Source: Antedon mediterranea (lineage: Eukaryota; Animalia; Echinodermata). From it: 64,000 nt of DNA. The notes beneath the pieces were generated by a model. That model searched no databases and was not told the DNA's origin. It was given only the letters and a program-made list of their open reading frames with translations. Position numbers and translations under genes: made by a program. The DNA is taken from contig NC_092679.1 of NCBI RefSeq assembly GCF_964355755.1, positions 24,597,432-24,661,431 on the forward strand, given 5' to 3'. Shown here one piece after another: positions 1 through 12,900 of this stretch; position 1 is the stretch's first letter; each line of letters opens with the position of its first letter.

Positions 1-1843
1 TTTCGATCAAAAACTGGATTAAATGTTTCTTTTGTCTTTTATGAGTGAAATTGTTTTTGGTTTTTTTACAAGTGAATAACATTATTAAAACTGCAAAATA
101 GTGTGTCTGATTTTATTAATCTTCATTTTTCATGTTTTTTTGGGGACAATACATGTTTTATCAATAATTCTTTATGTGGTGTTGATTCTTGTGACCATTT
201 ATACTGCACTTGAGATTAAAACAAAGGTTTCTGTTCACCAATCAAGGCATTGGTGTTTACATTGGTGTAGATCAAGGTGTGAGTAATACACAGTCTACAA
301 GACACACCTGCTTTCTTATTCAATCTATAATATCAATCAGAATGTGGTACTATATAGCTTGTCCCAAGTTACATTGTCTTTTTTATCTGTAGTATTTCCA
401 TTATTGTCTGAAGACTTGTAAAACACAAAAACTGAAACGAGATTTCTTGAAAACAGATCCCCTACTGTACCTTCATCAATTGAAACATTTTTGTTGGGGT
501 CTTTGTTTTCAAGATTTCTCGAAAAAAAGATTAGATGGCTGACTCTCTAAAATTTTAAACATAGCTTGGAGAACTTTGCAGTTCAATAAATATGTACAGA
601 CAGTATTTTTTTTTTTTTTTTGTAAAATGTTATTTTTTTTTTACTTAAATAGTACAATAATTAATTAAATGCAATTTACTAAATTCAATATGAAGGACAG
701 AATAGTTTAGCATATTTCCAGTTAGGTGTGGATATGTTGCTATGGTAATGGAATTAGTCATTCTCATTACCTTACTTTTAAATTAAAAGAGAAATTTATA
801 AAATAAATCATGACGTTTTTATTGGTACTGCTGCAAATGTGTTAGTATTTTGAAAAAATAATAAATTAATTTGAGGGAAGTGTTTATTCAAAATGGGATG
901 TTTATTGGAATAAATACATTAAGTACCTTAGTATTTAAAATAAGGGGTCTTAAATAAGGGGTCGTAAAATCTTCCCACAAAAATAATTTAATACTATTAC
1001 CTAGAGAATAATGAAACCAGTGAAAATATTTTAGATATGTGTGGTAAGTACATATTTGCCTATAAATAGATTATTGTGGTGTAGATTTATTAAGTATCCC
1101 TTGCAGTTTGACGATTCATTGTTGAAATAGTGGACCAAAGAACAATAGTCTTCAGCTTTCTGACTCCAGTCTAAATAAAGCAACTATTATTTCAAGTGTA
1201 GGAAATTATTCACAATTAACAATGAAAAACAATCCTTATTAATAAATCTACTGTTAAACTCATATCGTGTTTATCAATGTAATGGTATTATTATCCTGAA
1301 ATGATATACTATTTGCTATTGTATATATACAAGGTACAATACTATTGTGTTTGGTTTTAAACCAATTATGACTGGAAGGAATAGATTTTAGTTTTAAAGA
1401 TTAATCTTTCAAGATTTTTTAAAACTCAAAAGCAAGGTTAAAAAAAATAAATTAATGAATAATGAATTTAGAAGCTATCACTTTTAAAACAGTGATTTAT
1501 TTCAACTCAAAAAGAAAAAGGAAGAATATTGTACATTTTTTAAAAAGAAAATTGCAAAAACTGATTAAATGGTGTTATAATGCTGAATCAATTTAGTGTA
1601 ACCATTATTTTCAGGCTGCCATTTAACTGGTTACTGTTTCTGAAAGAAGGGGTTAATTTATTTACACAGTTAATAATTATTAATTTTTTCCCACAGTTGA
1701 TAACTCGTAAAGGTTTCGCACAGTTAATAACTGGTCATTTTTTCACACAGTTAATATTAATAACTAGTAATTTTTTTTTGAAACAGTTAACAACTTGTTA
1801 TTTTTTTCAAACAGTTAATAACTTGTTATTTTTTCGAACAGAG

Positions 1844-2614
1844 AGGTCGTGTTTATACAACACCCTAAATTTGAACACGGCTTTAATTTTTAGCGTGTTG
1901 TTCGGACCGAGGTCAACCCACCTTAACGTTTGCTGTTATACTAGAAATCACGATACCATGTTGTACCGGAAGTTTCATCAACACGCAGTGCATGCTAGGA
2001 TAAAAGGTCAAATCGTTGATCGCTTGAATTAGCTGGGTTGTTATCAACAATCATCGTCGCCTCCTCGCTGTCCGATGTATTGGCGCGGTTTTTACCATTT
2101 TCATTATTGTATTCGTTCACGTTTGCATTGTTGTTTATTTTGTTCTCGGTTCATTTAAATTAATAAAAGTTATTTTAAGGGTTTCATTGTTTCATCTATA
2201 CACTATGGAAGAAGATGCCATTTTTGCGATGTTATTTTTTATTCTGTTTGGAGTGGGAAACGATAGAGGCCTACTAGTACTACCACTGCGAGTTGGCCCC
2301 ACTAGGCTAGGCGTAAGACGTGGTAGGAGGATGATTGCTGGGAGCGAAGCAGCAATAAATGGGCCCAATCTTGTTAGCAACGTCGCATGACATGATTGAT
2401 ATTACGACCTGTTTTAACGAGAGGTCAAAATATACCCTGAGGACACTTCCAACACGGTAACGGCGACCGGGAATCCACCAAATTTTAGGATTCAGCCAAG
2501 TAGCCTTTTTTGCAATTAAAATCTCATTACACGGAATCTCTTTGTTGTTATACAACACACTTCTCGTAGGCGTGTAGAATATGCGTGTAATAGCGTGTTG
2601 TATAAACGCGCCCT
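1844..2614. mobile_element. Putative non-autonomous DNA transposon with imperfect ~20-bp terminal inverted repeats
   Basis: AGGTCGTGTTTATACAACAC at 1844 mirrors GTGTTGTATAAACGCGCCCT ending at 2614; interior is richer in GC/CpG than the flanks; no recognisable transposase. Confidence 0.4.
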
Positions 2615-3463
2615 TAGTAACTGGTACTTTTTTCATAGCAGAAACAGAACCAATGTAATGAATAAGTATTGACCTCATCCATCATTGTGCTATTTAATGA
2701 CTTTGTGCTTCAAAGAACAATTTGTATCAACAAACTTTAGATGTTAATCAAATATACACCTGATGTACAGGTTGACATAAGAAGACCTGTTAGATTTGTT
2801 CCGCATGAGTAGTTGACAAGTGTAAATTTTATAGAGTTCAGAGTTATGTTGAAAGTACCATAGTAGTAATTCAAAGCATATTACTGTACACTCACTTTCA
2901 TTCACTAGTGTACTGTACAAAGTCAATACAATTAGACATTCTAGACTTTCAAATAGACTTCCTCAAATGGTTGTGGTTACAATGAATGAAAAAAGAAGTT
3001 TGTAAAGATTGTTTACAGTTCAACCATGACTGTGGTTTGGTTCTTTTTTACCATGTTGTTGTTAAAATGAATGAAAACCCACTGATTTTGTAAATGACAG
3101 CCATTTTGATAGATTTTTAAAGGCCATTTTAAATTTCTTTTTTGATGAGTGACTTTTGTAGGTGGTGTTGTATCAACATGATTGTTTAAATTCAAGTCAC
3201 TGTTCACCTACACAGAATGCTATACGATCAAATGTAATTTTAATTGGGATGAAAAATAATTACTATAGTTTTTTTTTCTGAATACAACAATTATTTTATT
3301 TTAAAATAGCTCTCTAAAAAAAGTCTTGCTGAGTGAATGTGAAACTAACAATTTATTTAGCGTGCAATCGCCAATTGTTTTTTTTTTACTGAAAGAATGT
3401 CTCTGTGGTTAAAAAATCTGCATATATATAAATTGTTTCAAATGTTAACTTTTGTTTCTTTAG

Positions 3464-6241
3464 ATCAAGCAGCCATTTATATCCGTGAGTTGGAGCAGCG
3501 TGTCAAGTTACTTGAAGAGGAGAAAAGACAACTAGCTAAGGTGAGATCATACAGTACATAACACTGATCCATTTGAGTATTAGTACTATTAACGCCAATT
3601 TACACAGTGAGCTGTAACGGAAGCAGAAACTGCATAGATTGTCCCACATAGAATCTGATCTACTGTATCCTGAGCAGAAATCGCCCCTTCTGTTTTGCAT
3701 TGTATGTATAAGGAATAATAGATTTTTTAATTGTATTTCTGTTAACGCTCGTCTGTGTAAATTGGCCTAACTGATAAGCAATATAATGTTGATAATTAAC
3801 AGACTTACTGTATTTTGGAAATGGTGCCCCTTGAGCAGGGCCAAAAGAAAACTGGCATTCAAAACACCCAAGGCCATTTCCCTAAACCAGTCAGGCCTCT
3901 GCGGTATAATGCCACTGCATTAAGGGTAGGCAAATCCCAAATTCTGCCTACTACTGTATGTTATTGCATTTAGATTTACCAGTGATAATACTATTTTAAT
4001 GTATTTTTAAGTCTTGGGAGGTACAGACCTAGTTTTTGAACATACATTCTTTCTGGGCAAGCATCCCATTGATAATCTCTGTTGGCTTACTGTGATGTTA
4101 TCTATCAGCTTACCTTTACGGGCTTTAGGTCAATTAAAGTGTAAAGATGCTGGAATGGTTCATTTGTAAAAAGAACAGTATTTTATGATTGTAGAGTTGA
4201 AAACCATTGAATGACATTTCAGTATACAGTACTACTACTAGTAGTATGCATGGGTCTCTTGTATTTTTGTATTGCTTTTTGTCATTATTAATATTGTACA
4301 TATTAGTAAATAATTATATACTCATATTAAAAAAACCCTTTCATTGCTGTTTATAATGTTTGAATTCACATTTCTCAGAGTAGACCTGCTTCGTATTACA
4401 GTATGGAATTTCGTTCCAAAATTCAATAACTAAGTATTTATCATGTAGGAATTAGTATTTTAGTTTGTTAATAAAAATGAAACATCGCAAATTTTATAAT
4501 AATATTGCTGTATAGCACAAAAATGCTGCTCATAATACTTCAATTCAAGACCCAATACCTTTGTTGACTGCCATTTACAAATAATATTTGCCAAGAGACA
4601 GAAACAATTTATTTCACCATCAATAAAAGTGGATAACAAGATGTTGCCATAGAAACTCTTGGTTTAGTTAGTGTTTAGTGATTTATGTTGCCACATTATG
4701 TCTCACATTTCTCTTTGCTTGTGCTGTTACCATTTCATCTCTGACTTGAGCTCATTAATTGGAAGTGCTTTTGATTTATTATCGTGTATCAGGGCGTAAT
4801 GAACAGACACTGGTTTCTTGTTAATATTATTACTCATTTAGAAAACTGGATTCTGTACAATATCATACTGTACTGTAAATAATGGATGTTTAATGTTCTT
4901 CAAATGAAATTCAAACTTTGGTATAAGAATTGTGAGATACAAATCTGTTTACCTTCTTCTAAATCAAAATAATAGAAAACTGGGGTTTTTAAGAGTGTTT
5001 TTCAAGACTAGAATCATTTGGGGTTTAAGCATTTATTCAGGTTAAACTCGTTTATTTATCGTTAATTTAATTTTTTGTGAGGATGCATTCTAAAGGCAGA
5101 TATATCCTAAATAATTTAAATCCATTGTTTCAGATGTAGTATTTGCTATTAATATATTGGTGTTTTTTTTCACCCAGCAGTTGAAACGAAATGGCCAGGG
5201 AGATGGACAGGGCCCAGAAATGAATTCCCCCAACACTAGTGCTGTAAGTATCGTTTAATTTTTTAAGATTAAGGTTTTTCAATTTGTTGAAATAATCCAT
5301 GTCACTGTCAGGTATAAATTTCCTCAAGCAGAGGAATATTTAAAATTAAAATTACCTCATACTTAGTGAGTTAGTGGCCGAGCGGTTAAGACAGTGGAAC
5401 CGTAATTACCTAGCCATAACATCGACAAGATTTGAAGCTTAGGACAATACCGTAGATCCAGGTGATGGACTTTACCAATTAGCTATAGGTGCCACAGTCA
5501 CCAAATAATTCATATTTTTCATTGCAGATGATGCCTCATTATCAAGCTGGTGGCAAAGAGGCTGTAGCTCAAGCATTTAAGGTAAACTTTTATAAAATAA
5601 TTAAAATAAATCTTTGAAACACCAGTTTCTTTTTATAAGTAAATTGGATAAATTTATAGGGATCAATGATATAGACACTTCCTCACTACACAGTTGTTTT
5701 TACTGAAATATTGAAAATGACCTTATTAATTTTAGTGTTTTTATTTTATTTAAAAGGTCTTGGAGGTGCATGAGCAGATAGATGATCGTAAACTTCCATT
5801 GGAGAATGAATCTATGTCTGACAAAGAAAGAGCTATTGTACGCGAGATGTGTAATGTGAGTTACATTTTGATTCCTGAATTGTTTTTCGAAAGCTCTGTC
5901 TACACTATCAAACTTTATGTGACAAAATAATGTGATATATGCCCATATATGGATATGATTATGTCATATCAGTACCACATTTGAGAATATACATATATTT
6001 AGGCACATGACATTTTTTTTCAAAGTAGTTTGATAGTGTAGACAGAGCTTACAACATATAAAAGAAACCGGCCAATTATAGTATTACAGTATACACGTTT
6101 CTTATTACTAACCATTTTCGTTTGTTTTAGGTGGTATGGAGAAAGCTTGAAGATAAGTCTGACGTTCCAGCTCATAATATACCGCCCTCTTATAAACCGA
6201 TTGGTCGACCAAAGTATGGGGGCAGTGAGCACTCAAAATGA
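3464..6241 (+). CDS. 3' exons of an unidentified coiled-coil protein gene (5' part not identified, probably upstream of the window)
   Basis: GT-AG exons 3464-3540, 5178-5243, 5528-5581, 5757-5855, 6131-6241 join in frame: QAAIYIRELEQRVKLLEEEKRQLAK...[42 protein letters not shown]...SEHSK*. Confidence 0.8.
3592..3768. mobile_element. MITE, PIF/Harbinger-like (family C)
   Basis: TIRs GCCAATTTACACAG / CTGTGTAAATTGGC with TTA/TAA-like flanks. Confidence 0.6.
5364..5440 (+). mobile_element. Truncated tRNA-derived SINE head
   Basis: Pol III A-box-like TAGTGGCCGAGCGGTTAAG; no intact B-box or cloverleaf. Confidence 0.45.
5892..6049. mobile_element. MITE, PIF/Harbinger-like (family A)
   Basis: TIRs AGCTCTGTCTACACTATCAAAC / GTTTGATAGTGTAGACAGAGCT; about 8 related copies in the window. 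Confidence 0.8.
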
Positions 6242-6459
6242 GTGTACAAGTTAAAGCATGGATAGTTCATAAACAAACCCATAGTATGCTATATTCACCT
6301 TGAAGTGTTTACCGATTGATACCTTAAATCTTCCGCCAAAAGAATATCAAAATAAATGTTCCAGAGTACTATATTATAACACTTTAGATTTTCTAAGTAA
6401 GCACAAATTAAACACTGGGCCCATCAATGTACAGTATGTAAAGGGAATTGAGCACCTAA

Positions 6460-6665
6460 AGGCCTGTTTCTGCTCCGTAGCGCCGAATAAACTGTCATTA
6501 AATATCATTTTAGGCAGACCGCATTTCTTTGCTAATAACTGCAAATTATATGTTGATAATTGCTGAAAATAACCATTTAAATTTAGTGGTTTAGTTAGTT
6601 GTTGACAAAAATTAGTATTCACCCGGTTATTAATTCGTTATTTTTCCAAAGCAGAAACAGGACCT
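6460..6665. mobile_element. MITE, PIF/Harbinger-like (family D)
   Basis: TIRs AGGCCTGTTTCTGCT / AGCAGAAACAGGACCT, preceded by TAA. Confidence 0.6.
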
Positions 6666-9600
6666 AAAAAACAATTCGTAATTTGATACTTTGATGGAGG
6701 ATTTGTTGTAAGGGGTTATTATATGTACAGATCCATAGTTGGCAATGAAAGATGATCTGTACTACATTTTAAGGAACAATAAATACTAAACTGGTACCTC
6801 AGCATATATTGTATACACTGCAGCACTTGCTAGATATCACACCTCTTTGTCTCAGTATTTCAACTATAATGTACATTGGTGTTTATGGAATAATTAATTC
6901 CAATTAATTAATTCCAATTAAGTTTTTATATTGTAAATATATCTGACAAATTTGTTGTGTATTTAAATTATTTAAAGGCATATTTTTTATGTTATTTGAT
7001 TTAATTAATGAACTTATTTGTAGACTAAAACTATTTAATTTCCAATTAAATATTATGTTTCCTGATTATTAATGAAATTTCATGACATAGATTTATCTAT
7101 GCTACAACTAAATTTATATCAAATTTTGTCAATAAGTTAATACACCTTAAAATAGATTTAGTTGCAATATAGTATGGTATTTGCATTTTACATTATAATT
7201 GTTCAATTTTTTGTGTATAGTTTTGTTATTATTTATGTATAAATAATTGGATACTAAACAAAGTGCCAAGTATTAGTTATTTACATTTATTGAGCGAACA
7301 TACTGTATAGTGTTTTTTTTAAATCCCCTATACACCCTATATTTGGTCAGCTACAATCTTCAATCAGCAATCTTTTTTTATTTTTGTGTACTGTATATTT
7401 GCCTCATCTCAAAGAATATACCATCAACCACTATATAAATACTAGATTGTCATCTCCAATGTTGTCATAGTTCAAAAAGTGATTCTTCATGGAGAGAGAG
7501 GAACCACACAATATGGTGGCTGCGATCCACCATTCGATACGATAGTTATTCCCCCATACACAGTCACAAAAAAGCATGTATGGTGTATTCAAACATGAGA
7601 ATGTGTTCTAAACGATCCTTTATGCAAAAATGCTATAAGATTTATCAATAAATTATTCATTTCATTGCTATTAGTTTTTATAAAAATTACAGTATATTAA
7701 ATAATTTAAACTACGGCGGCCAGTGGTTCCCCTTCCTGTTAGAATCACTTCGTGTCCATACAGTTGACGATCTTGTACTTATGTTATATCTATGTCAATA
7801 GCGCATAAAGAAGCTTCCTCCAAAAATCGCTGTGTATAGTTATCATTCTTCTATACTAAAATCAATTATTTTAATGTATTGTCTTCCAATATAGTATTCA
7901 CGTTTTTAGATTCATTATATGACCAGCTTAATTAGATTCTTAGATTTGTCAATTTTTGTATTAAGAATTGTTCAGTTTTGTTAGTCGGCACTATGGGCGC
8001 TTTTTGTATGGACAGGGAAACAGGGTGGTGTTCACCGTCATTGTTTCAATGGGTTTTAAGTTTAAATCTTTCTTTTACAGCAAAATTCAGTTAAAATTCC
8101 TTTACAGGGTTTGTTGCAATTTCAATTTTTACAATTTGTTAAATTTAATCAATTTAATTCCATTACACATAAACCAAAATGCAGTTAGGAGTACTCTGGT
8201 AAATTAAGTTACTGTCTGTTAATAAATACCTGAGCACCTATGTTTGATACAGGTATGTATATCATATATATGTATGTCATGTTCCAATAGCAGCACCTTG
8301 AAAATCTTTTTTTTTCTCCATTTTATGTACAAGTATATTTTTAAACAAATGAGAGAATGATTCCATTATGATAACAAATTGACAATGTTTAGCGGATGGC
8401 ATACAGAATTCAACATGATCTACACCAAGCCCTGTATGCATGCATAACCAGTATAGTAAATATGTATTCTGTTTGTTAAAATAATATTCTATGTATAACT
8501 ACTTTCCATATGTCGAGTTGGAACACTCGTTTCCTAAAACTATTGCAAAGTTGTTAGAGGTAGTCCACATCAAGGTGGTTCTTGTGTGTGACCATACCAA
8601 AGTAGCACTATCTACCAAAACTTCTCGCAGCCCCCAGTTTTGGATACGTTGTCTTCTCACTTTGAAATGTATAGAAGTTAATAAAACTTCTTGTATCTCA
8701 GTATACCTATTATTGCTGCTTTTTTTTAGGTCTTTCTATTTTGCAGCCTCTTTGAATGTAATGATTGATGGATAAATGGATTAAGAAATGATGTATTGTT
8801 TTGTTTATTGACCATTTTAGTTTAATTGGAGCTTATATAATCACACTAAAGCTTTACTTTTAGTTAGAAATACAGTTGAATTGAATAGTTACTAACAATA
8901 TAGGGCGCTATATTAAATGCTATGGCAGTATAGTTAAAGATATATTGTACCTGGAAAAATAATTTTGGAAAAGGATTCGACTATTTTAATGTAACATAAG
9001 ATTCACATTTTTATTGAAAATTATTTCCATTATGAACCATAATAGTGAACCAGAAACCTAAACAATGGTCTGGTTTATGTAACTGTTTATTTCGTGTTTT
9101 TATGAGCGAAATATTTTCAATTTTTTTTTTTTTTAGAAAGTAAATAACTATAAAATGTTCTATTCAAGGTACTGTACGATTAGTAAGTATTCATATTTAA
9201 TAATTATTTTTCTTGTTTTCAGGAACAATACATCTTTAACTAAAATATTCTTGCATGAAATGAACTATTTATAGCTGCAATGTGATATTTACAGTTCAAA
9301 TCTGACTCTTCTGGTCATCATTATTTCATGTCTAGTGGCACTGTTGTACAAATGATATTATTTACTGGATGGTCACTAAATGTTTTAATGGAGGTCTGCC
9401 ATGTTTTCATATTATCTGACTAGACTAGACAAATAACTTAACAATTACAGTTAATAAAAATAGCTAACGAATTTTGTTTGTTTATTCTTAATTTTGTTAT
9501 AGTAATTTCATAATAATAATTTATTTGGAAAAAGCTACACTTTTGAAGGTGGCACACTTCAGAGTAAGTAAAATAACAGTTTTAACAATAGGCCTATTTA

Positions 9601-9981
9601 CAAAGAAACCTAAACTAAATCATGTACAAAATGTAAAAAAAATATTTAAAAAACAACATGCAGTTTGATTTGATTAAATTTTATTATGGGCCATGTTGAA
9701 TGCTATAAGAAAGTGCATCCATGCAAGAGACGCCTTCATTCTTTTTTTTTTAGAGAGTGAATCAAAAGAGGGCGACATATTTCAGTTTTTCGCGTCACAC
9801 CGCGCAGACGACGAGGTGGTGGAGAGAGAGCAACCAGACGATACAAGCACGTCGTTATTGAAAATAAAAATGGTGGTGCGTTTTTCAATTCAGGATTTGT
9901 TTGATTTTTCGTACATATTTTAATAAATTGAACATTTTGTTTACTACATAAAGGATCCCTTCAATAATAGATTTTATAAGA

Positions 9982-12900
9982 ATGAGATTTCAGGGACCGA
10001 GAGGTCCAAATTTCAACGGTGGTGGTGGTATGAATGATCAAATGATGGGAGGTGGGCCTGGGCCTGGCGGCTTTCCAGGCCCTCGTATGATGGGCCCAGG
10101 TCCAGGACAAGGCCCAGGTTTCGGCGGGGGTCCTGGCCCAGGTTTCGGAGGTCCGGACAATGGTCCAAGAGGAATGTTTATGAATCAAGGAAGAGGTCCA
10201 GGCTTTGGTGGAATGGGACCTGGATGTGGACCAGGTTTTGGACCTGGTTTCGGTGGTGGTGGAGGAATGGGACCTGGTGGAGGAGGAATGCCAATGATGG
10301 GATTAGGTCCAGGAGGTGGAATGGGACCAGGAGGTGGAATGGGTCCAGGAGGCGGAATGGGTCCAGGAGGCGGAATGGGATCAGGAGGCGGAATGGGACC
10401 AGGAGGCGGAATGGGACCAGGAGGCGGAATGGGGCCTGGAGGCGGAATGGGACCAGGAGGTGGAATGGGACCAGGAGGCGGAATGGGTCCAGGAGGTGGA
10501 ATGGGTCCAGGAGGTGGAATGGGACCAGGAGGCGGAATGGGACCAGGAGGCGGAATGGGTCCAGGAGGTGGAATGGGACCAGGAGGTGGAATGGGTATTA
10601 TGCATAGAAATAAACCTGACAGTAACATGCAACAACAAAAAATTCATAATTTGTTTGTTGGCAATCAAGAGCCAAACAAAGGCAAAGTAAGACTATTTTA
10701 GGGTATCAATTTGTAGTAGTAAAAGTAGTACTAGGTCTACTAGTAGTAGTACTGTAGGTCAGTTTTAATAATTTAAGCGGCTCTCTATGCATCGTACACA
10801 GACTTATTGATATTCAAATTTGTCTGTTTAAGGATGAGAATCGCATTGAGAAACTTCAAAATGAAGCAGCACGATGGCAACAACAAGTTCCAAATAATAT
10901 GGCAGACATGATACAAAATCAACCAATGATGCAGCAGAACACAGGAGGCTCTGCAGATATTACATTAGTAAGTCTACACACCTAAATATATTTACATTAA
11001 ATTTAAACTAGGATTAACAAATCCCTTTTAATTACAATACAATTGTTCTACCATTTGTTATTTGGTTTGGTATAAAATGTGCAACAATAATTTAGTTTTT
11101 AGGCCTAAAACCCTCGCCATGGCTTGCATAGAGAAGAATTGAGACTTTCATAAAAATTCGACCTTTACCATGAATTATTCGACTTGACTGTTGTGATTTT
11201 GAAAAAGATTTGTATGTATAGAGTCATCAATATTTATGTATATGATATCTAGTAAATTTATTATTTACTACAGGATGAGTTGAAGAAACGGCAGGCAACA
11301 TTTAATGAGCAAGTTAAGGAATGGGAATCCAAGTTTAAGAAGTGGAAAGAAGAAAACAAAAGTCACCCTGACAAAGATTTATACAGATCATATGAACACC
11401 AATGGAGACAATGGGAAATACAGATACGACAGATGTCTGCTGCCACTGAGAAAGAAATCGAGATAAAAGAAAATGAACTGAGGCAGAAAACATCAGGCAT
11501 AGGACCAGGGTCAATGGGTCTAGGTGGTATGAGAGGACCAGGTCCAATGGGTCCAGGTGGTATGGTAGGCCCCGGTCCAATGGGACCAGGAGGTATGGGA
11601 GGACCAAGTCCAATGGGTACTGGTGGTATGGGAGGACCCGGTCCAATGGGTCCAGGTGGTATGGGAGGACCAGGTCCAATGGGTCCAGGGGGTATGGGAA
11701 GACCAGGTCCAGGTGGTATGGGAGGACCAGGTCCAATGGGTCCAGGAGGTATTGGAGGACCAGGTCCAATGGGTCCAGGTGGTATGGGAGGACCAGGTCC
11801 AATGGGTCCAGGTGGTATGGGAGGACCAGGTTCAATGGGTTCAGGTGGCATGGGAGGACCAGGTCCAATGGGTCCAGGTGGTATGGGAGGACCCGGTCCA
11901 ATGGGCCCAGGTAGCATGGGAGGACCAGGTCCAATGGGCCCAGGTGATATGGGAGGACCAGGTCCGATGTGTCCAGGTGGCATGGGAGGACCCGGTCCAA
12001 TGGGGCCAGGTGGTATGGGAGGACCAGGTCCAATGGGTCTAGGCGGCATGGGAGGACCAGGTCCAATGGGTCCAGGTGGTATGGGAGGACCCGGTCCAAT
12101 GGGTCCAGGTGGTATGGGAGGACCAGGTCCAATGGGTCCAGGTGGTATGGGAGGACCAGGTCCAATGGGCCCAGGTGGTATGGGAGGACCAGGTCCAATG
12201 GGCCCAGGTGATATGGGAGGACCAGGTCCAATGGGTCCAGGTGGTATGGGAGGACCCGGTCCGATGGGCCCAGGTGGTATAGGAGGACCAGGCCCAATGG
12301 GTATGGGAGGACCAGGCCCGATGGGTATGGGAGGACCAGGCCCGATGGGTATGGGAGGACTAGGCCCGATGGGTATGGGGGGTCAAAATTGCGATGACAT
12401 TGACGATGAAATGAATTTTGCACCTTATGGGTTCAATAAATCAAACCGGCCAATTGGAGAACCATTCAATGGACAATCCGCTTCATCACTACGAAGAAAG
12501 CGCCGCAGATTGGCTAAAGTTAACCGAATGGAACGGAAACGCAGAAGTGATAAATCCAAGCCAATTATTGCTGATGATTCCAGACCTCCAGGTGTGGAAC
12601 AATATGAATATAGTCTAGATTATTCTGATGAAGATGACGAGAATGCAGATGAAGATATTGATACATACAATGATAATGAGGTACTTGATAATTCAAAATG
12701 TGAAGAAACTGATATGACTTCAAGGTCGATTTTAAATGCCAATGATTGGGAACTTATTCAACATGCTGATGCAGCTAATGAAGCTGCTGACAAACCACTG
12801 CCATTTGAAGACAGACCACTGCAATTTGCAGACAGACCACTGCAATTTGAAAACAGACCACTGCAATTTGAACATCCACCAGGAGTTAACCCATCAGAAC

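Noticed and set aside
2192-2678. Minus-strand ORFs of 62-123 aa
   Set aside because: No recognisable motifs; they lie largely within a probable transposon remnant
4793-4795. Possible 3-nt microexon (CAG|GGC|GTAATG)
   Set aside because: Weak polypyrimidine tract and donor; cannot be supported without reads
5364-5440. tRNA gene
   Set aside because: Only the A-box/D-arm is present; no T-arm or acceptor stem, so better read as a SINE fragment
10185-12423. Antisense and alternate-frame ORFs (PPPGPI, WDQEAE, RRNGT repeats)
   Set aside because: Shadows of the YLPM1 coding repeats
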